A DNA stretch of 64,000 nt from Rhynchopus sp. YZ270_cl-10. Lineage: Eukaryota. Below, piece by piece: positions 47,455 to 61,440 of this stretch (position 1 is the first letter of the stretch; every line of letters starts with the position of its first letter). The position numbers were made by a program, and so were the translations under genes. The stretch lies in assembly GCA_964035575.1 (NCBI GenBank), contig OZ037846.1, forward strand, positions 372,001-436,000, in the 5' to 3' direction. The notes under the pieces are model-generated. The model was given only the letters and a program-made list of their open reading frames with translations, searched no databases and was not told where the DNA came from.

Positions 47455-47989
47455 CTGGGGGGGGGCTAATAAAGTATACGGTGCTAATAAAGTATACGGG
47501 GGTAATAAAGTATACGGTGCGGAAACCCATTTTGAGCGTGGAAATCTGTGAAATAAAGTATACGGTTTTTGTGTACATTTTTCTTACTAAAAATTTTTTT
47601 CAGCAAGTTTTGCACAAAAAATCGAAAAATTTTTTTTTTGATTTCGGTGGTCCGGATTCTGTGCGTGCTGTGATGGGGTCACTTTGTGCTGAGAAACGAG
47701 TATTTTTGACCTAAAACGCGTGTATCAGTTTTTACACGATTGGTGCTGATGGGGTTCAGATTTGTGAAAATTTAAGTCACCAAAAAATTGTTCATTTTTC
47801 CACATTGACCCCACCACTGGCTGGGATTGGCCCAAAAATGTCAATGGTGGTGTTTTCGCGAGGTTTCGGCCACTAGAAACCCCAAAATAACAGTGATTTT
47901 TTTTTCCCCCCCCCTTTTCGTTTTTTGGCCATTTAAGCAGTAATTCCCGCCGAATAAAGTATACGTATACTTTAATAGCTCCCCCCCAG
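47455..47989. mobile_element. 535-bp MITE with TA TSD (Tc1/mariner-like)
   Basis: TA|CTGGGGGGGGGGCTAATAAAGTATACG ... CGTATACTTTAATAGCTCCCCCCCAG|TA. Confidence 0.8.
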
Positions 47990-50092
47990 TAAAGCAGCAT
48001 CATCATTCGGGCGGTCGGGTCTTCTGGGGTCTTTACCAAACTACAAAACAGGAAAACAGAAAATAAGAGTTGACCCTCCCGCCGACTCCCGACTTTTGGA
48101 CCCCCAACCCCCGACCTCTGGTGCTGTCCTGCTACTGTGTACCATGAGGAAATTGATCAAAAACGAGAACTTGTCCATTTTGGCAAATTGACCCCACCAC
48201 TGGCCGGACGGATTCCAAAAATGCAAATACCGGTGTCTAAAAGCTTCACCAAGTTGGCAACGAGAAAAAACCCTGTTTTCAGTGCCCAAATAAGTTTACC
48301 CCCAAATAACTTAGGTTCCAAATAACTTTTTTTTTTTGCCGCGATTTTGGCTTTTCAAAGTTAGGGCAAACAAACTTTTTTTATGCGTTCGCGTCCTGCC
48401 TGCCTACTGGGGGGGAGCTATTAAAGTATACGTATACTTTATTCGGCGGGAATTACTGCTTAAATGGCCAAAAAAACGAAAAGGGAAAAAAAAAAAAAAA
48501 TCACTGTTATTTTGGGGTTTCTAGTGGCCGAAACCTCGCGAAAACACCACCGTTGACATTTTTGGGCCAATCCCAGCCAGTGGTGGGGTCAATGTGGAAA
48601 AATGAACAATTTTTTGGTGACTTAAATTTTCACAAATCTGAACCCCATCAGCACCAATCGTGTAAAAACTGATACACGCGTTATACATACTTGGACCGCC
48701 CGAAATATATTTCGGGCATTTCGGGCGATTTCGGGCGAATTAGGGGCGGATTTCGGGCGATTTTGTGCGCCCGAAGTCGCCCGAAATCGCCCGAAATGCA
48801 GATTTCGGGCGAATTCGGGCGCTTTTTCCGTAGTGAAAACCGACTAGGTAGGGTTCTACTCATTTTCGCAAAAAACTTTTTATATTTGGAAAGATTTGAT
48901 GCCAAATCTGTCAAAATGGAGGTACCCTAAATTGGTCAAAAATGGTAAAAATGGTAAAAATGGTAGGAATTTTGGGGGCTTTTTTAGGGGAAAAAAAGGG
49001 TGAGGGGAGTTGGGTCCAGTCATAGGGGGTATAGCATATTTTTTGGAAAATTCTTCAAAAAAACGAGGATTTTTGCTGGGCACAATGAAAATTTTCAGAA
49101 AAATCCCAATTTTCGGCCAAATTTGGAGCAAATTATGGCCCACCCACCCCGATTTTGGGTCAAAAACCGACTTCATTTTTGCACAGGAGTGCCTACGATT
49201 TCGTAAACCAGAGGTCCTCTGGATGCATGCATTGATAAACACAACACTGGAAATTGCAAGGAACGGGTCTGCATGTGCGTGTTCTCTAGCCACCACAGTC
49301 ACAGGGTATGCACAAAATGACCGAAGTGCAATGGCGTGAACGAAGTGCAATGGCGATAATGGAAAGATAGATGCCGGCATTGGTGAATTGCTGGAGTTCT
49401 GCACAGGAAGCTAGCATGACGTAGAATCACTGTGTGAACAAAATGACCGTATTTTGGTTGAAAATTTGACTTGAAAATTTTTTTCATAATTTGCCCAATC
49501 GAAGGTTTTCCTTGGATTTTTTGGGCCATTTTATGACGTACCACGCCCGATTTTGGGCGAAAAAAAAATTTTTTTTTTGGTCAAAAATCGCCTTGTATTA
49601 CCACTGTATTGGTGTAGGCTTGTACACAGAAGTGTGTTTTGTGTAACCACAGATGGTCAAAACACCCGATTTTTGCATTTTTTTTTGCATTTTTTGGTGC
49701 CCAAAGACCCACCTCAGTGGTCGAAATTTTCCCGAAAAAAAAAAATTTTTTTTTTTGAGATTTTTCGATTTTTTGACAAGGCGCTGGCCCACACAAAATG
49801 CACTGGTGGTACAGAAAATGGCTGGGGAATAAACTCTAGATGCTCAAAACAGCCCAATTCATGCTTTTTTTGACTTTTTGGTCTCAGAAGGGTACCTAGG
49901 GTGTAGTGAGCAGGCCTCAAAAACACTTGCACGGTGCAGTCTGTCCTGGAAATGTCGGACCCTTTTGTCGGAGTCCGAGGGGGTCCGACAGTCGGACCCC
50001 CTGAGTCCGACAGTCGGACTCAGGGGTCCGACTGTCGGACTCACAGTCGGACCCCTGAGTCCGACTGCCGGACCCTGGGGTCCGACAGGCAC

Positions 50093-53000
50093 ACCCAGGT
50101 GCCCAGGTGCCCAGGTACCCAGGTGCCCAGGTACCCAGGTACCCAGGTACCCAGGTACCCAGGTACCCAGGTACCCAGGTACCCAGGTACCCAGGTACCC
50201 AGGTACCCAGGTACCCAGGTACCCAGGTACCCAGGTACCCAGGTACCCAGGTACCCAGGTCCAGGTCCAGGAACAGGTACCCAGGAACAGGAAAAAAGTC
50301 GTGAAAGAGCAACCACAGCTCCACATGACAAACACAAAAGTGTCCAGTCACGTGGGGCATTCATGCACTGAGGAGATAATGATCCAACAATTTACAAGAA
50401 AGATTACTTAACCTACTGCTGGAAATTGCCAGGTCGTAGTAACACACAAAGTGTGCCTCCGTTCGGGAAGACCGGATATTCTAGAGACCAGAAAGGCCTC
50501 AAGAATATCTTCCGGTAGTCAAGGTAGAACCGAGTGAACGGCCCAAGACCCCCGTGGAGAAGTTAAATGTTGTAATGCTATCAGGTAGAAACTGCGAACA
50601 CTGTCTTACCCTCCTCAATGCATGGTGGTTGATGTCTTCCACAACAAATTTCCTGTACCCAGGTACCCAAATTCCCAGACCCACGCAGTGGCACATGACC
50701 GCCAAGTGTGAGTGACCCACACATGAGGGAATGCGACACTACGCAAAATTTACCACCAGACCCTGTCTTCGTGCACCTGAAGTACAACGCCGCAGACAGG
50801 CCAAACATGCGTTGGACTCAGAGGAATGCCCGCTGTGCAGGTATCAAACATGAGAACCAACTCCCAGCAACAAGGGGCGCCTTTTGGCGGGCGTTGTTGA
50901 GGGTGTTTGGGGTGCAAAGTTTTCCACAATTTTGATGCGCGGGTACAGAAGTGTTGTCTTGTTCTTTCATCTCTAGGAATGTAAATGTCAATCGCGTTTA
51001 ACTACCACGAGGGCTTGTTTAGTGAACCCACGAGGGGTCGAAGGGGGTTGGTTATCCCATATCTATCAAAGGTTGTGTCGACCAGGCGAATCCACTATGT
51101 TACGCTGTACGTTGTTAAATCCGAAGAAATAACGCTTTAGCAGCCGCAGGAAGTTTGTTAAAAAGAGTGCCTCACGCTACACAAACCACCACCCGCGATT
51201 GACTTAGATGTTATAACAAAGAGAATTCAGAACAAAACAACACCCTGCCCCATACACACTAAATTGTCATGCTTCAAGAGCATGCCTGGGCCAAAATTAC
51301 TGTGACAAAAAGGCAACAAGACCACCCACAAGGAGTGTGAAATGTGCACTGGTTTTCTGGGGGAACGCAATATTTTCTTGTGCCTCGTCCTCCGCAAGCA
51401 GAGGACAGACTTTCCGGAAGGTTTCCAAAGTCGAATTTCTTGCACTAGCTATGCTCCCTGGGTTAAATGGCAATAGCAGTGACTGACAAAGTGTACCCAT
51501 CCCCCTTCCACCCCAGATCTTAGTCCGCAAACTCAGAATGGATTGATGCGGGTGATACTCTTTGGATTTTGAGTTGCTGAATGTCGGAGACGCGGCGAGG
51601 CTTCTCATCACAATCGCAGATGCAGTTCAGATTTCACGATCCTGTGATGAGTGTAAATGTGGAGTGTGATTAATGAATGAAATGTATGGTGTAGAAACGC
51701 AGTTATCGGGAAAGGTGAGGTTAATGTGGTAAAAAAAGGGGATAAAACTCGTGTAATTTTGTGAATTCCCACAAAGGTGGGTGATAATGTGCCCTTTGTC
51801 ACTCAATTGTAACCGAGAATGTATGGGAGAATGAAATATTATTTCCCAACCCAACAACAACGATAAAGCGTGAAGACAATAAATGAAATCAAAGCGGAAT
51901 AAATTTGAGGTTTTGTGAGGCACTCAACGAGTGTGCCGGCTCTGTGGCGTCACGGAGCCACCAACACTCCCCAGTCATTTTTCCTGCGCTTCCAGGAAAA
52001 CTCGCGTTTGCGACCAGGCCGAAACGAAAAAATTTAATTCACAGCAAACAGGTGTGAGGGAGAAGAAAAGAAAGTGAACAAAAACGAAAAAACAATGTTT
52101 TTCTGAAATGTGATGTTGTTGGGGTGGGGAGAATAAAACAGTTCCAGAAAAGCTCCTGCGTCGGTTTTCTTTTGGTTAAAAAAATCACTCAGTAAAAAAA
52201 AGAACTTTTTCATCACTCCCCTCAAACACTGCCAAAACGAAGAAGGACAGGATGTATGACACTTACGGATACCAAGTCTCAGCGGGTATGAGAAGCAAGG
52301 AGGTGTACAAGAAGAAATGGGACGAGTTCTTGCGGTTTTCAAACCTCGAGCGACTTGGTCCGCTTTGTATTGACACGGACCTCGACACCCCGACATGTAC
52401 TGGCTTTTGAGAAAGGCAGTCGGTTCCTCGGTAGATTGCGTGCAAGTGAGGGAATATCCATCTGCTTGGAAGACGTCAAAACACCAAACATAGTATTTCG
52501 CGACATAAAGGGCAGATCAAATACTCACTGCCTTACATTCTCGGTTACAATTGAGTGACACAAAGGGCATATAATCTGCAAAATTACACGAGTTTTATTT
52601 CACTGAGTTAGATAATTATTATCTCATGAAATAAAGTGAACATTATTTCACGAGGTGGTGGGTGACTCAAACTGGGGCTCAACTTCACGAAGCGAGTGGA
52701 GTTCAGCATTTTGATTTCATGAGTGAAGTGAGTGTAATCATAAAAGTGATGTCACGAGCGATAGCGAGTGGGTATCACGTATTCCAGTTTGTGAATCACC
52801 CATCAGTTAAATAATGTTCACTTTAGTTTTCGATACGTAATTTTATACCACGCGTGAAAAACGTAAACAGGTGAAAAAGTGAGTGAAATAAGATTCGTTT
52901 TATTTCACGTTTTATTTCACGCAAATCGTGAAGGATTGGGTGGGGGAGTGAAATAAAAGATCACGGAGTGATCTGAAGGACACGACGTGTTCTTCCCTGG

Positions 53001-54364
53001 GCTCGTTCGCTCCTGAAAGTCTGTTGAAACGGAGGAAATCGTCCCATGTTTTCCTGTACTGCACACCACTGTTCATGTCGTCGAACAAGTTGTCATATGC
53101 ATCCTCCATCTCCGCAAACTTGCGCGTGGGTTTAGGCATGTGTGTAAGAGGCAATAAATAATCTGTAATTTGAAGTGTGGTGGTGTGAGGGGTGGAGCGT
53201 GGGCTCAACGTTCCACTGTTTACACCTATAAATACGTTTTTCACTTGTGGAATAAAATTACATATTGAGTGAAATAAGAACATTTTCTTGCACTTGCCAC
53301 TAAAAAGGCACCCTCGTGACTCTCACTCTTATTCCCCTCGCTTCGCTCGGGAAATAACGCACTCGGGCACCTTTTTAGTGGCGCGTGAAATAAAATAGTT
53401 CTTATTTCACTCGAATAAATAGTTATTATCTCACGGGCAATAATGTTGTGCTGCGTTTTCGAAATTCCTACAGTATATTTGACAAATGATGTATGACCAC
53501 CTAGTACGGGGCGTCAAGGTTGGGTATGGTGAACAGTTCCTCGAAGTCCTATGACTGCAACCCTTTTGGTTGCATGCGCAGATCTCCTCCACATTGCTTT
53601 TGCGCCTACTCTCGGCATGGGTTTTGTTTTGTTCTTTGTGTGCGGAGATAATGTCTACTGTATTTTGTGTAATCTCCAGGAAGGAATTTCGAAAACGCGG
53701 CTAAACATTATTACACAAGTGAGATAAAAAATTGTTGGCTCTCTCTCTGTTGTTTTGGCTTTTGTTTTTTTGTCTATTTGTGACGAGGCCTGGAACACCT
53801 GAACATAGGCATATCTGGAAAATCTATCTGAGGTGTGGCAAATTAAATATTCAAGCGTGTGGTTGAGGCGCACCTAAACATAAGTAAGTGCCAAGTCTGA
53901 ACATTTATTTTCAGAGGCCTTAGTGAGGCTGTTTCGGCCTCGTTGCATTGTATCATGATGTAATAAGGTTCACATACTTTCGATTCAAAGAAGAGAAAGC
54001 ACACAAGAAAATAAAATGCTGCAAACCACTGGGTGTGTTGTTTGCATCTACACAAGTAACTGAAAGTTAAACATTTACATACCTTGTCTTCCCCGTAGCC
54101 TCCGCCTTCGCTGCTGTCAAGCTGCCTTCTCTTGGTACCCAGTACCCAGTACCCAGTACCCAGTACCCAGTACCCAGTACCCAGTACCCAGTACCCAGTA
54201 CCCAGTACCCAGTACCCAGTACCCAGTACCCAGTACCCAGTACCCAGTACCCAGTACCCAGTACCCAGTACCCAGTACCCAGTACCCAGTACCCAGTACC
54301 CAGTACCCAGTACCCAGTACCCAGTACCCAGTACCCAGTACCCAGTACCCAGTACCCAGTACCC
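50093..54364 (-). mobile_element. Inverted, transposase-less relative of the 40338-46549 element
   Basis: 50093-51510 is the reverse complement of about 44975-46403, including the 8-mer array. 54075-54364 is the reverse complement of the 7-mer array and adjacent GGCACCTTGACAGCAGCGAAGGC motif. The outermost TIR portions are missing. Confidence 0.75.
52252..53140. pseudogene. Two inverted fragments resembling the N-terminal (SAM-like) region of tyrosine-recombinase/Crypton-type proteins
   Basis: The plus strand from 52252 gives MRSKEVYKKKWDEFLRFSNL and the minus strand from 53140 gives MNSGVQYRKTWDDFLRFNRL. Flanks carry GAAATAA repeats and CTCGCTTCGCTCG. The family assignment is inference. Confidence 0.4.
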
Positions 54365-55433
54365 AAATTGGTCGCCCCCTGGTTGGTCGAGAACCTAAAA
54401 ATGCAAAAAAACGCAAAATTCATGTGTTTTGACCATGTCTGGGTACACCAAATACACACCTCTGAACAAGCCTATACCCAGTAGTAGGCAACAAGCGCTA
54501 TTTTTTGACCAAGAAAAAAAAAATCCCCCAAAAATTGGGTGTAGTAGGTCATAAAATGGCCCAAAAAATTCAAAGAAAACCTCAGATTGACCAAACAATG
54601 AAAAAAATTTTCAAGTCAAATTTTCAGCCAAAATACGGCTATTTTGGTAAAACCATGTGTACTGTAGTGGCTATACAAGGCGATTTTCGGCCAAAAAAAT
54701 TTTTTTGGCCAAAAAAAAAATTTTTTTTTTCGGCCCAAAAAAAAAAAAATTTTTTTTTTTGGGTCCGACTGTCGGACCCCAGAGTCCGACAGTCGGACTC
54801 CAGAGTCCGTCTGTCGGACTCCAGAGTCCGACAGACGGACCCCTGAGTCCGTCTGTCGGACTCAGGGGGTCCGACTGTCGGACTCAGGGGGTAAGTCCGT
54901 TATTTACACACTCCAAGCACGACAGACCGCACCGTGTGTGAAAAAAAAAAAAAAAATTTTTTTTTTTGAGATTTTTGAAAAATCGGCCGATTTTGCGACC
55001 AAATTTGGCTGGGGAATTTCGGCGACCAAAGGGTCCCCCCTTTGGAAAAAAAACGAAATCGACCAAAAAACACGGGTTGCCTACGATCGTAGTGCGATCT
55101 CTTACGATCGTAGCTCTTTTTTGATCGCACTACGATCGTACTACGATCAAAGTACGATCGTAGTACGATCGTACTTACGATCGTATTATGATCGTACGAT
55201 CCTCCTTCTAAGGTGCTCGCTCTCCATACCTAGACCCTCGAATTTTTTTTTTTGCCCCTATATTGGGCTAATTTCGACGATTTGAGGCCATTAAAAGCAA
55301 AATTTGGCACTTTTGAGCATCTAGGGGGGTCTAAAACGCGGTTCCGCGAACCCAAAATTTCGTGATTTTTACCAAAGACAAGTCGATTTTTGAAAAAATC
55401 TCAAAAAAAAAAAAATCCCAATTTTTTTTTTTT

Positions 55434-58400
55434 CATAGGGTGAAAACGATCGTTTTTTTTTTTTTTTTTTTTTTACGAATCTGGGAAAAAGTGATCGGTC
55501 TTTTTTTTTTTTTTTTTTTTTTCACGATCGTGAAGAAAAAAAAACGATCGTTTTTTTTTTTTTTTTTTCTTCACGATCGTGAAAAAAAAGCACCTTTTTC
55601 TTCACGATCGTGAAGGAAAAAAAAAACGATCGTTTTTTTTTTCCCATATTATGTCGTTGATCGCTGGCCCACACCAGGGAGGGAGCCCCCACAGGTGCCC
55701 ACAACCCCCCTGAAATCGGCCGAGAGTAACTTTTAGCGGTGTTTTGACGTAAAATGTCACCTTTTTTGCCATTTTTGGGGTGTACTTTTCTGGAACAAAA
55801 TTCGCAAAACCCGAAATACGAATCGTAAAAAATCGCGACATTCTATGACATGCGTATACCATGAAGCAGCACGTCACGGCATGGCATGTAACATGCACAT
55901 GTAATATCGCCAAAAACCTAGTCGTAGTAACATCATCACTGTGCAAACCCCTGTCCATCCAATACAATTCACACTCTTTGTGGGTGGTCTTGCTGCCTTT
56001 TTGCCACAGTAATTTTTGGCCCGGCAGGCATGCTCTTGAAGCATGGCAATTTAGTGTGTATGGGGCAGGGTGTTGTTTTGTTCTGAATTCCCTTTGTTAC
56101 AATATCTATCCAATCGCGAGTGGTTGTATGTGTATCGTGAGACACTCTTTTTAACCCTTTACGGACCAAGAGGACATTTATGCCCATTGTGGCGGGGGAT
56201 GCGGCGTTCAACACCAGGCCAAGTTGGCCAAAAGCCCAACTTTTGTACTGTCCAACCTCTGTACAATTACGGTATATTTCGTTGGCTGGTGGTCTGAAGA
56301 GTGATCTGACCATATTCTCCAGGTATAACAAATGCCCAAATAATGCATTGGCGAAGGAATTTTGCACTTTTGACCATCACACATTACTTGTATTTTTACC
56401 GGTTTTTTAATGAGTACAACCTATGTCAGAGCACGCTGTCCCACAGATTTTAGAATTTGGGGGGGTCACGCAACAGGGATTACGCAGCTCCCCATACTTA
56501 TCGCTAAATATGCCGTTTTCCCCGAAAAATTTTAGAATTCCACGCCCAATTTCTTTCTTTTTGGCAAAAAAAAATTTTTCGCGCTTCGCGCGAAAAAGGT
56601 CCTCAGAAGCTCAATTCCGGAAACAAATACGGGGGGAGCGACGTTTTCCAACTCCTCCGCCATCAGCAGGAACACCTCCGTTTTCTCTTGAATCTGTGAC
56701 GCTTGTTGCTGAGAAACAGGGCAACAGCGCGTTCAAGCATATTCCCCATCTTTTCAGTGTTAAACTCGTGGCGAAGCCACGGTACGCAACATTTCTAAAA
56801 ATTGCGCTTAAAATTGCCTACTATGTCGCGGGAAGGGTGGGTTGAAAGCTCGCGCCGCAGTGCATCTTCCTTTTCCGGTAAAATAGAAGAAAATTGTCTT
56901 CTAAAAATAGAATTCTGTGGGGGGTAGGTGAGAGGTGGGCGGAGCCCCCACTCCTCCACCCCAGCCTCAATCCAAAACCCTGTATTTTTTTTTTTTTGGT
57001 ATTTTTTGAGCTGAGATTTTCAAAAAATACCAAAAATACCAGGGTCAACCGCTGTGATGCTCATTGTTTAGAACACAGGGCTATTTCTAAATATGGGGTC
57101 CGGAGTCCAAAATCCAATCCGGGACACAATTTTGGCAGATTTATTTTGGGCCAAAAACGTCTTTATTTACATTTTTGGGATTCGCCCGTGCAGTGGTGGG
57201 GTCAATCTCGAAAATTGGATTTTTTGACCACTTAAATTTTGAGAAATATGAGCCCGGTCACTTATACGTGGGCCCATTTTCGGCTAAAATTTTCCTCAAA
57301 ATCCGGGTTTGTAAAATTGACCCTTCTGTGAAGGAAGGTTGTGGAAAAGGGTCCTTATTTGCATTTTTGGAAGCCGCCCGTGCAGTGGTGGGGTCAATTT
57401 GCAGAATTGGGCAAGTTCTTGCAAGACAACGGGTAATGTTTGTTAGCTCTAAGGAGGGAAGGGGAGCGTTTGTAGCTCACACAGCACCCCAAACCCTGGC
57501 CTCTCTGTCCACAGCACACAGCTCTTCCCCTGAGTTCCATTTGTGCCTCAACATGCTGAGCGCATCTTCAGTACGATGGGTGGATGAGCGAGAAGAGGCG
57601 CAACTGGCTAGTTGCACCAAAGCTGCACAAGCTTGTGGTCGTAGCACGCAGTTTGTGCGAGAGCAAGCCGCCACAAGAGAATGGTTGGTGGGATGAGGAG
57701 AAGCTGGTGCAGGAGGAGAAGGAGCGTGCGGGAGCTATATTGACTGCGACGCGACAGCTGAGGACCCCAAGGTTGATGATGATGCTGAGCATCACGACTC
57801 TGACATCAGTGAAGGCTCTTGGGACTAAACGCATACAGTCTTGTCCGTACCCATTTCTCCCACACAAGTCACCACCCCCTTGTGACTTGCCTGTAACAGT
57901 GGAAACGTTTCCCTCCCAGCCGCAAACCCGTTCAGTGTATCGTGAGCCACTGCAGTGACCCACTCACGCTCGACCCTGTCCCTCCTTGTAAACAGTTCGC
58001 CTTCTCCTACGTTGTGCTAAGGAAAACCAAAAAACATGCTCAAAAATGATGGGCACGGGGGTCAGACTCCACTTCTGACCACTTAAAATTAGGTCATACA
58101 CGTGTTATACCCCAAACTGACCAAGAAATTTTCCCAGTATTCGATGGTGATCGAATTAAATCGGTGGTAAAAAGTGAAAAATGGGGCATGCCAGGCCCAC
58201 GTCAATCAGCCTAAAAATGTTGCAACTTTAAACGCGCGTCTCTCCCGTACACCAATATACACTTTTTAACACATACAGTACAGCAAGGGAAAACCAAGGG
58301 ATTTTACCCTGTGTTCTCCTTGTTACGGCTGCACTAACCTAATCATCAAAACTGCTCGATTTTGGCTTTATCTAAAAGATCGACATCAATTCTTACGAAA

Positions 58401-59003
58401 TATAATTTATTTTACGATTTTGAGTAGAATTCTGTTTGCAGGGCGAAGTCACGAGGCAGGGGGTGATTTTGGGGGTGAGCGCCAAAAAAAGTCCTTTTCC
58501 TAGGGTTGACCCACCTCCCTCCAGCATCCAACGATATGACATTTTCACGAAAGTTGTCGATTCTTGCCTTATTATTGTCACACAGAAAAAAAATGTTTTT
58601 ACGAAAATGAGTAGAACCCCATTACCCCTACCAACGTGTGGCATTCGTGCGCCACTATAGTGGCACTTGCCATGGGTAAAAACGGTTTTCTGGTTTTAGT
58701 GCCTCGCTGGCGACATCCGTTGGGGGGGATTCTGGTGTGAGAATGTTCTCGATTTTTGCTTTATTTGAAAGATTCGCCACAAAATCGTTTCAAGGAAAAG
58801 AGTCGGTCAAAAATTCCAAGTAGAACCCAGAAACTCTCCCTTGCCACCCATTTCACGCCCATGCCCCTTGTACTACTAGGGGAAAAAAAAAAAACGATCG
58901 TGAAAAAAAAAAAACGATCGTGAAAAAAAAAAAAAAAATGTCAAGATCTTGAAAAAAAGTTCAAGATCTTGAAAAAAACCGTCACGATCGTTCTCACACT
59001 ATG
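55434..59003. mobile_element. Composite TIR segment bounded by inverted (AAAACGATCGT)-rich units, inserted in a T-run
   Basis: CATAGGGTGAAAACGATCGT at 55434 versus ACGATCGTTCTCACACTATG ending at 59003. The flanks rejoin to match the reverse complement of 54937-54985. Confidence 0.55.
57500..57660 (+). pseudogene. Frameshifted remnant of a hAT transposase C-terminal dimerization domain
   Basis: AERIFSTMG at 57555, then a frameshift to WMSEKRRNWL...KLHKLV, matching the hAT 'ER.FS.......RnrL' motif. Confidence 0.65.
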
Positions 59004-59439
59004 TTTTTTCACAAGTGTTTTGAGGCCTGCTCACTACACCCTAGGTACCCTTCTGGGACCAAAAAGTCAAAAAAAGCAAGAATTGGGCTGTTTTGAGCAT
59101 CTAGAGTTAATTCCCCAGTCATTTTCTGTACCACCAGTGCATTTTGTATGGGCCAGCGCCTTGTCAAAAAATCGAAAAATCTCAAAAAAAAAAATTTTTT
59201 TTTCGGGAAAATTTCGACCCCTGAGTTGGGTTTTTGGGCACCAAAAAGTGCAAAAAAACGCAAAAATCGGGTGTTTTGATCTGGGGGTAAACCATATGCA
59301 CTACTGCACAATATCGACTTTTCCTTAGCAAATTCCTTGGAGCAAGGATATCTCTAAATCCGTCCCTTTTTGGCCAAATTCCGAAATCCCAATCCAAAAA
59401 ATTCCCTGTTTTTTTGGTTTTGTTTTTGGGCTGTTTTTT

Positions 59440-59481
<42 letters not shown>

Positions 59482-60332
59482 CTTACAATAGTTCTGTAAC
59501 CTCTCTCTCTTTTACGGCAGGTAACCGGTTGAGGTGATACTTCCGGACTGAGGAAGGGCATTCTTTTACTTTTTTTATTTTGCCTGGACGGGGATGGGGG
59601 CGGCTTTGTCTAGATTGTTTTTATTTTGTAGTCTTTTGTTGGGTTAAGGGGATTGGCAGACAACACTGAGGACCTCCTTGGGCCACAGCTGTTGGCGTTG
59701 TCTAGCTCTACCCGGCTGTACACGGTCGGCCTGAAAACAGGTCCGAATCTAGGCTATGTGAACGAAATAAAAATAGCCAAAAAAGAAGGAGAAAGGGAAG
59801 AAGGGGGGGGAGAGGGGAGAAAAAGTAAAAACTTTTTTGTGGGGGGGAAAAAAATTTTTCCCGATATGTCGTCAGGGCTCTCGCCGGGGTCATTTGGGGT
59901 CCCGAGCTTTCCCCCCGTAAAAGCGGTCGCTGCGCGCGCTTCGCGCGCGCGACTCCCTGCCAGTGCAGGGAGGCGTGGCGCTTTCTCCCCTCTGATGCAC
60001 AAAGGCAGGTGGGGAGGGGTGAACCACAATCCGTAGTGTGTCAGCCTTATCAGTAACCTCGGTACATTTATGAAAGAAACGGCAGTCATGGCACCCAAAG
60101 GTTCCTGGCGAAGCCACGGTACGCAACATTTGAGATCTCCTCCGTCTTCCAACCCTCATAATTGAATGCGATTGACACGTCTTCTCCTTCTTCTTGTGCA
60201 CAACCTCAAATGTCTCTGATGCTGGATGCTTGCCTGCAACTGACGTGAACATCCGCACCCACAACTACAGCAACCGCCTGCAGAGCCAATTTTTTCCTCA
60301 AAAATCCGGGACTTTTTTTTTTTTCCTTTTCA

Positions 60333-61440
60333 CCCAGTGGGTATTATCCTAAATTATTTTGGGTATTATGGGTACTGGGTACTGGGTACCCAGAGAAGGC
60401 ACCTTGACAGCAGCGAAGGCGCAAGACAAGGTATGTAAATATGTTTAACTTTCTGGTGAATATTCAACAAAATAAGGCCGTCGACTCGTATTTCCTCCAA
60501 AAAGTCTCCATAACAATATTTTACACCCTCAGGCCAACTTATTTTTTAAAGAAATCACCTTCTTTAAATTCCCCACCACTCACAACTTCACTTTTAAACA
60601 GGTATCGCGAGTGCAACATCGAGAACCAACTGTGCAGAACGAGCGAACATATGGGGTGGAAAGGGGAGTGGGAACACTCTGTCAGTCACTGCTATAGCCA
60701 TTAACCCAGGGAGCATAGCTAGTGCAAGAAATTCGACTTCGGGATCCGGAAAGTCTGTCCTCTGCTTGCGGAGGACTGGGCACAATAAAATATTGCGTTC
60801 CCCCAGAAAACTAATTTTGTCACAGTAATTTTTGCCCAGGGCATGCTCTTGAAGCATGGCGGCTTGGTGTGAGAAGGGGCAGTGTATTGTTTTGTTCTAG
60901 ATTTCAACGGTTGTTAGAACGAGTCAAGTGGATGCTTATCTAAACACTGACTTTAGTACAGACCCGAGAGATCACACATGACTTTGAGGAAAGAACAAAG
61001 CAATGCATCTGTACCCGCACGCCAGGTTGTAGTTACTTCAGGATTTTCTTAAGTTTGCATGAAAGAGAAGGGGGCGAAACCTTTGTATACGTTTACGACG
61101 AAGGTAGTAACCTAATGACAACCATGTGGTGGCTGTAATTCACATCCCTTAGAATTACCAGAATTCAGCCTTTGTTGAAGTAACGTGCATACTTGTATGT
61201 GCGTGTCACGCTTCTCCACCCTTAAATGGGTGCACCGCTCGGTGAGCAGTGGTAACCCTTCTCGACTAGTGCAAACTTAAGAATTTTCTGCTGGAACTTA
61301 CCAAAATCGATTTTCTTTCACCCCAAACACCCGCAACACCCCACCTGCTACTTCGGTAGCCTGTGTTGTTGGGAGTTGGTTCTCATGTTGATCCCCAGTG
61401 ACTGTCTAGCACTGCTTCTTCTGAGCCCAACGTTGTTTGG
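60333..61440 (+). mobile_element. Third, internally deleted copy of the GGGTAC TIR family
   Basis: The left-end motif (CCCAGTGGGTATTATCCTAAATT...GGCACCTTGACAGCAGCG...TATTCAACAAAATAA) is joined directly to sequence matching 44797 onward, so the MULE ORF is absent. The right boundary is approximate. Confidence 0.7.

Larger units (their letters stand above)
49930..54936. mobile_element. CACTA/CMC-like non-autonomous element, 2-bp TSD TG, GTCCGAC subterminal repeats
   Basis: TIR CACGGTGCAGTCTGTC / GACAGACCGCACCGTG with 1 mismatch and TG flanks. Empty site on the minus strand at about 59004-59030. Confidence 0.8.

Noticed and set aside
59658..59755. CTGAGGA...GAAT hammerhead-like motif on the plus strand
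   Set aside because: The flanking stems are suggestive, but there is no GAAA, no valid NUH triplet and a mismatch at the base of stem I.
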